NCBI GenBank assembly: GCA_003707115.1
Contig: PPNB01000028.1
Coordinates: 1-64,000, forward strand
Reading direction: 5' to 3'
DNA from: Tortispora ganteri
Lineage: Eukaryota
Length of the DNA stretch: 64,000 bases
The notes under the pieces are model-generated. The model was not told the DNA's origin and did not search any database. It saw nothing but the letters and a program-made list of their open reading frames with translations. The position numbers and the translations under genes are program-made. This document shows positions 59,354-64,000 of the stretch, piece after piece (position 1 is the stretch's first letter; each line of letters starts with the position of its first letter).

Positions 59354-60574
59354 TTAGAAATCTTCAGAGATACAAAAACCATTATCAGAAGCGGCAGGAG
59401 AATCTTCGTTACCAGTTCTGGATTTGGCCATAACGCCGGAGATTTGGTAGTCAGAGACGCGCTTTTCGAAGAAGTTGGTCTTGCCGGCAAGAGAGATGTT
59501 TTCCATGAAATCAAATGGATTAGTAGATTTGTAAACTTTATCATTTCCAAGAGCGACAAGCAGGCGGTCGGCGACAAATTCAATGTATTGGCACATGAGA
59601 GTTTTGTTCATGCCGAGCAGAGAGACAGGAAGGGCATTAGTAAGGAAGTCCTGCTCAATGGTGACGGCTTCAGTAATAATGGCCTCGACTACTGACTTAG
59701 CAGGTCGGTTGGTCAAGTGCGAGAAGAGCAGGCAAGCAAAATCAGTGTGGAGACCTTCGTCACGAGAGATGAGTTCGTTAGAGAAAGTCAAGCCAGGCAT
59801 AAGGCCACGCTTCTTGAGCCAGAAGATGGAAGCAAAAGAGCCAGAAAAGAAAATGCCTTCTACAGCAGCGAATGCAACAAGACGCTCGGCAAAAAGAGAG
59901 TCTTCGCTAGAGATCCAGCGAAGGGCCCAATCGGCTTTGCGGCGAATGCATGGGATAGTGTCGATCGCTTCAAACAAGAAGGTGCGCTCCTTAGGATCCT
60001 TGATGTATGTGTCGATTAGAAGTGAGTAAGTCTCAGAATGGATATTCTCCATCATAATCTGGAAACCATAAAAGCATCTAGCTTCGGCAACTTGTACTTC
60101 AGCACTGAAACGTTCAAGGAGGTTCTCGTTGACGATACCGTCAGAGGCAGCAAAGAAAGCAAGGACGCGTGAGATAAAGTAACGTTCGTCTTTGTTCATG
60201 CGATTGTCCCAGTCGTGAAGATCCTTTCCGAGATCGATTTCTTCGGCGGTCCAGAAGGATGCTTCATGACGTTTGTACATTTGCCAGATTTCGTGATACT
60301 TGATAGGGAAGAGTACGAAACGGTTGGGGTTTTCGGTCAAGAGCGGTTCATTGCGTTCTTCAGCGAGGAGTTCATGACGCGTTTTTTTAATGCCTTCGTG
60401 AGTTTCGACCATAGCATCGGGGCGAAGCGTGTCAGTAGTAGTGCCAGAGCCATTCTCTTTTCCGTCGGCGACGGCATTCTTCGCCGCGACTTTCGCGACG
60501 TCTACTGTGGCAGTAGAGTTAATTTGTAAAGTAGAGAGCGCCGATGCGGTTTTCTTAGATGGTGAAGCGTCCAT
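59354..60574 (-). CDS. RNR2: Ribonucleotide reductase small subunit (R2)
   Basis: [50 protein letters not shown]-terminal EDF; iron ligands intact. Confidence 0.97.
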   Translation of the reverse strand: MDASPSKKTASALSTLQINSTATVDVAKVAAKNAVADGKENGSGTTTDTLRPDAMVETHEGIKKTRHELLAEERNEPLLTENPNRFVLFPIKYHEIWQMYKRHEASFWTAEEIDLGKDLHDWDNRMNKDERYFISRVLAFFAASDGIVNENLLERFSAEVQVAEARCFYGFQIMMENIHSETYSLLIDTYIKDPKERTFLFEAIDTIPCIRRKADWALRWISSEDSLFAERLVAFAAVEGIFFSGSFASIFWLKKRGLMPGLTFSNELISRDEGLHTDFACLLFSHLTNRPAKSVVEAIITEAVTIEQDFLTNALPVSLLGMNKTLMCQYIEFVADRLLVALGNDKVYKSTNPFDFMENISLAGKTNFFEKRVSDYQISGVMAKSRTGNEDSPAASDNGFCISEDF

Positions 60575-61812
60575 GTTAATACAAAAGGTGTTGGTGCTGT
60601 TCTGACGAAAGTGTTAGGAGAAGGGAAAGTAAACAAGGGTTCTTATATATAGTTCTAAAAGAAACGCGCTTATGTCACGTATAGCGCGCCGAAGGAACAA
60701 ACAAAAAAAATTCTGAGCTTAAACGTAATAGAGTTTTCGCTAGGATTGGGTGTCGATGAAGAATGGGAGCCAGTGTTAGTTCGAAAGCTAAAGTTGGTGG
60801 CGTTGTAAGGTAAGGCGCTAGCAAATGCGATACTGGCTAGTTGGAGAGTATTTTGATAAAATGAATGTATTGTACGTTATATTGACACGTAAAATACTTT
60901 AAATAATAAGAACTGGGCAAAAAATGATCGAAATGTCTATATACAGTAATGTAAACTCGGGCAAAGCAATTTTACACTTGGAATTTTTTCTAGATTTAAG
61001 AGGTAAAAGAAGGACCCTAAGTCCGGGCAGTAACCATGTACCTAGCAGAAGTCTTAGATTATTAAGATTTCCAACTCGTCATGGCAACCATCAACAGCAT
61101 TTTAAGGAATGATATAATCCTCTATAATCTAAAAACAGTAGTTCTAGATGCACTAACAAAGCATCTATCTTGGCTATATTGTTCTCAGTTGTGATGAAAT
61201 AGATGTGCAATATTCTGTACAGGTTGGGTGTAGTAGGGAGTAGAGATTACCACCAGATGGGGTAAGGCAGCTGATGATCTGATAAGATCAATTTTAAACT
61301 TAATTTACGTTAAGGTTTAAATATAATTCATTCGTTCTATTTTTGAAATGTCGGCTATATACGGGGAACAGTAAGTCAAACTACTAAATATCTCAGTACA
61401 GACAAACATAACGATACACTATAAATCATATAGCTGTGTTCGTGTGAGAAATGCGTAGACCGGACCGAGTATCGAACTAGCATGCAAGTGGAGCAGATGC
61501 GTTGAGGTAGACGTGTTTGGGCAGACAGCATTCGCAGTTATATATAGTCTTTCATATAGCTCACATCCCACTTTATTAATGATCCCGACTGTGCTCATGC
61601 CAATACAAACTTTCTGAAAATAATTCCGAGTTTGAAAAGTCATCGTTAGTGCCGCTGACTGGCACTGATCACGAGACTGACTTGGTTACGTCATAGTGAT
61701 TGTTTCACTTTGGAAACTTATGTATCAGAAGCCCCGCTCTTGCTAGACGTATGGTGAGCACTAGATATATATAGCCACTGTAAGAAGCTTTTGCCACTAC
61801 GCTCAGCAACAA

Positions 61813-62103
61813 ATGCCCTACTACGATATCGAAGAGACTGCATCAATAGATACCTCCTCTATATTGCCTTCTAATAGCAACGCTCGTAGGAAGAGCCTTG
61901 ATCACCTTCTTCAGATGAGGCCGGATCAGGAGGAACTACGCCAAAGGAACATTCTTCACGAAGTTAATTTGTCTCCTTCTCTTCACGATACTGCGCAACG
62001 ACTCAAAATGAACATCAATCGCGATGCGCTAGAAAGAGGTCTAGAAGCGAGACCCACACTAGAAGAGTTCAAAAAGTCGACGATTTTTCGCGATCTCAAT
62101 TGA
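61813..62103 (+). CDS. Small RPEL-repeat protein
   Basis: LDHLLQMRPDQEELRQRNIL and LERGLEARPTLEEF; TATA-like TATATATA near 61766. Confidence 0.8.
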   Translation: MPYYDIEETASIDTSSILPSNSNARRKSLDHLLQMRPDQEELRQRNILHEVNLSPSLHDTAQRLKMNINRDALERGLEARPTLEEFKKSTIFRDLN

Positions 62104-62196
62104 TTTGGCAGTAAATTGGTACCTATGGCCGCATTATTAGTAATAATATCCTGTAAAATCCTGTAAAATATATTGAAACATTGATTATTCAGTTAT

Positions 62197-63156
62197 TTAA
62201 ATTCCATCGTACTCGTTCTCATACCATTCTTCTTCGTTCTCCTCATCGTCTGATATTTCAAGAACGCGTCCTCCAATTGCAACATGCTGCGTATCAATCG
62301 ACAATGCTTCCAGCGCGTATTTCAGCATAAGCCGACTCAATTGTAATGATCTGTTTAGATGCTCATCAAATCTTTTCATATCTTCAATAATGACCGTATT
62401 ATCAAAATCGATCTCGTTCATATTCTCATTGAGACTGCCAAGGTCCGGCAGATCCACTTCATTAGATGCTAACAGTGATCGCAAATCGTCAATTTCTTTT
62501 TGTTGTTTGCGCACTTTTTTGGCCAAAGAATTATTCAATGTGGCCAATGATGAATTAGATAACTCCAAATCAAGTATTTTACGGTTAAGTCGCTCTCTGT
62601 TTGCGCCACTAAGCCCTGTGCCACTATTGAGCTTTCGTTCGAGCTTTTCGTGCGGCTCTGAACGATCTAGGCTTTTTTGATCGTTAACTCGCTTCATACC
62701 CGGTTGCTGCAAGTGTGGATCCGCCTCCAAATAGTCTGCCCGCAGACTGCTGGTGGTTGGACTCTGCTGATTGTGTTGAATTTGCTGATTATGCTGTGAT
62801 GGTGGTTGTGGTTGTCTTGCCACGTTCGGACTCATGACTGGCGCCATTGCCAGTTTTGGCGTGCCTGGTTTGGATGAAAGCGTCCGTTGAATATGCGGCG
62901 AGCCTCTTGAATGATTTAGTTTCTTTTCGGACGGCGGAGAAGATGCGCCTGATGCGTCCGCACCATATATGAATAACTTAGATGGCATATGCTTTAATTG
63001 TGGTGATTTGCTACGTGGAACATGACACTCATCGCCCGGCGAATGCATAGGGGACCGTAATGGCTGTTTCAGTTTCGGACTCGTAGGTAATTTTAGTTTT
63101 GGGTAAGCTTGAGGCTGGCTTACACCAAAATGCGGGACATCATCACTCTTATTCAT
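62197..63156 (-). CDS. Uncharacterised fungal protein (disordered SP-rich N-terminus, C-terminal coiled coil)
   Basis: 319-aa ORF; RKILDLELSNSSL..LN..L.K..RKQ..E coiled-coil motif; GGRVL near the end. Confidence 0.7.
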   Translation of the reverse strand: MNKSDDVPHFGVSQPQAYPKLKLPTSPKLKQPLRSPMHSPGDECHVPRSKSPQLKHMPSKLFIYGADASGASSPPSEKKLNHSRGSPHIQRTLSSKPGTPKLAMAPVMSPNVARQPQPPSQHNQQIQHNQQSPTTSSLRADYLEADPHLQQPGMKRVNDQKSLDRSEPHEKLERKLNSGTGLSGANRERLNRKILDLELSNSSLATLNNSLAKKVRKQQKEIDDLRSLLASNEVDLPDLGSLNENMNEIDFDNTVIIEDMKRFDEHLNRSLQLSRLMLKYALEALSIDTQHVAIGGRVLEISDDEENEEEWYENEYDGI

Positions 63157-63891
63157 CGTCTCGGCGCGACAACAATGTCATTAGACCAGTTATGCGAAGA
63201 AAGGTCGTTACATGCGCGTACATTTTAACTTGACCCAGGCGCCCTCACAACCCTATCTCATCGGCAACTGCTTGCTACATTCTGATCCTGTCTTGTCCTG
63301 ACCGTGTATCAATACTAATATAGTCTCAACGTATTTAGCAAAATATTATTAGTTCCTCGTATAGTTTATATGTTGATATTAGTGTTATGTATACAGTATC
63401 GCACGTACTGGTGCCGCAGGCTTTGACCTTCACCACTAAACATCGAGATCAGTACAACCGGAGTAGTCGGGACAGCGATAGACAGCCCTGAAACCGCAAT
63501 AACACTATCGCATCCCGGATTATCTGTTGCGCCTAATCTCCTTTTTAATTCATTTCAGAAACCGGGCACATCGCTAGTAATTTCGGAGCCCTACACGGAA
63601 CAACCGATCGAAATAAGTATTGGAGGTCCAGGGATTCCCCTTTCGTTGACAGGTGCCGTACTTGCAACCAATCGGAGCCGATAGGCTAAAGCTTACCAAT
63701 ATATAACCAATAACGGCAATTGATTTACTATAACAGCACATAACTCTAATTGCGATATTGCTGTGTTCTTTCACTTCTCTCATGATTCTTAACCGAGCTC
63801 ATTCGCTCTTTCCTTCCTCTTTCTATTCTGACTTCTTATCCAAATCTTTCGATATCTCACTTATTGTCTAATTGTTCCTTAGTATATCGAC

Positions 63892-63944
63892 ATGGTGTCA
63901 CAATCATCTGCAATCACCACTAAGCACACCGCTTCTTCGCAACA
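63892..63944 (+). CDS. Possible first coding exon of a gene continuing beyond the window
   Basis: ATG at 63892 after a pyrimidine-rich leader; open to a GTAAGT donor at 63945. Confidence 0.3.
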
Positions 63945-64000
63945 GTAAGTAAATTTTACAATCATATCTAAGACTCCACCATTCCCGGGGCATCGCCGTA

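Noticed and set aside
59275..60529. Long antisense ORFs over RNR2, and likewise over SCW4, MAP1, PRO2 and GAA1
   Set aside because: Expected shadows of codon-biased genes; no independent features.
61265..61350. CTGATGA as a hammerhead ribozyme core or C box
   Set aside because: No GAAA after a stem II and no plausible guide or D-box arrangement.
1..64000. tRNA, rRNA, LTR/transposon, CRISPR or telomeric repeats; stop-codon readthrough producing PTS1 extensions
   Set aside because: No A/B-box cloverleaf, rRNA tract, transposase/RT ORF or repeat array was seen by eye. The stop contexts I checked (SDR, SGD1) gave no PTS1 extension.

Overview
Eukaryotic, very gene-dense and intron-poor DNA typical of a budding yeast (Saccharomycotina). 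It is probably outside the Saccharomycetaceae, because it carries a CIA84-like complex I assembly factor and a CSN3-like gene (inference). About 40 mostly housekeeping CDSs are packed with tiny or overlapping spacers: FPR2, TUM1, HFI1/ADA1, OST3/6, MRM2, PRO2, COX19, INP1, GAA1, SRP14, SGD1, LPD1, RSC1/2, SCW4/MP65, CDC10, GUK1, SPT23/MGA2, ERV14, MAP1, TRS20, CYR1, TFB1, a HIT hydrolase, a B-type cyclin, TRM11, MON2, RNR2 and others. I resolved three coding introns missed by the ORF track (MRM2, SRP14, ERV14) and a likely 5'-UTR intron (SCW4). I saw no tRNA, rRNA, CRISPR or transposon. Most notable: (1) a TCCCAAC motif lies about 15-75 nt upstream of the ATG in six downstream members of tightly packed tandem gene pairs; (2) an unannotated ~130-nt multibranch RNA-like structure at 52.83-52.96 kb; (3) an N-terminally truncated, divergent adenylate cyclase; (4) a degenerate FAD-monooxygenase-like ORF overlapping FPR2; (5) a possible U13/snR45-like 18S-antisense element. 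All family calls come from motif recognition by eye, not from database searches.
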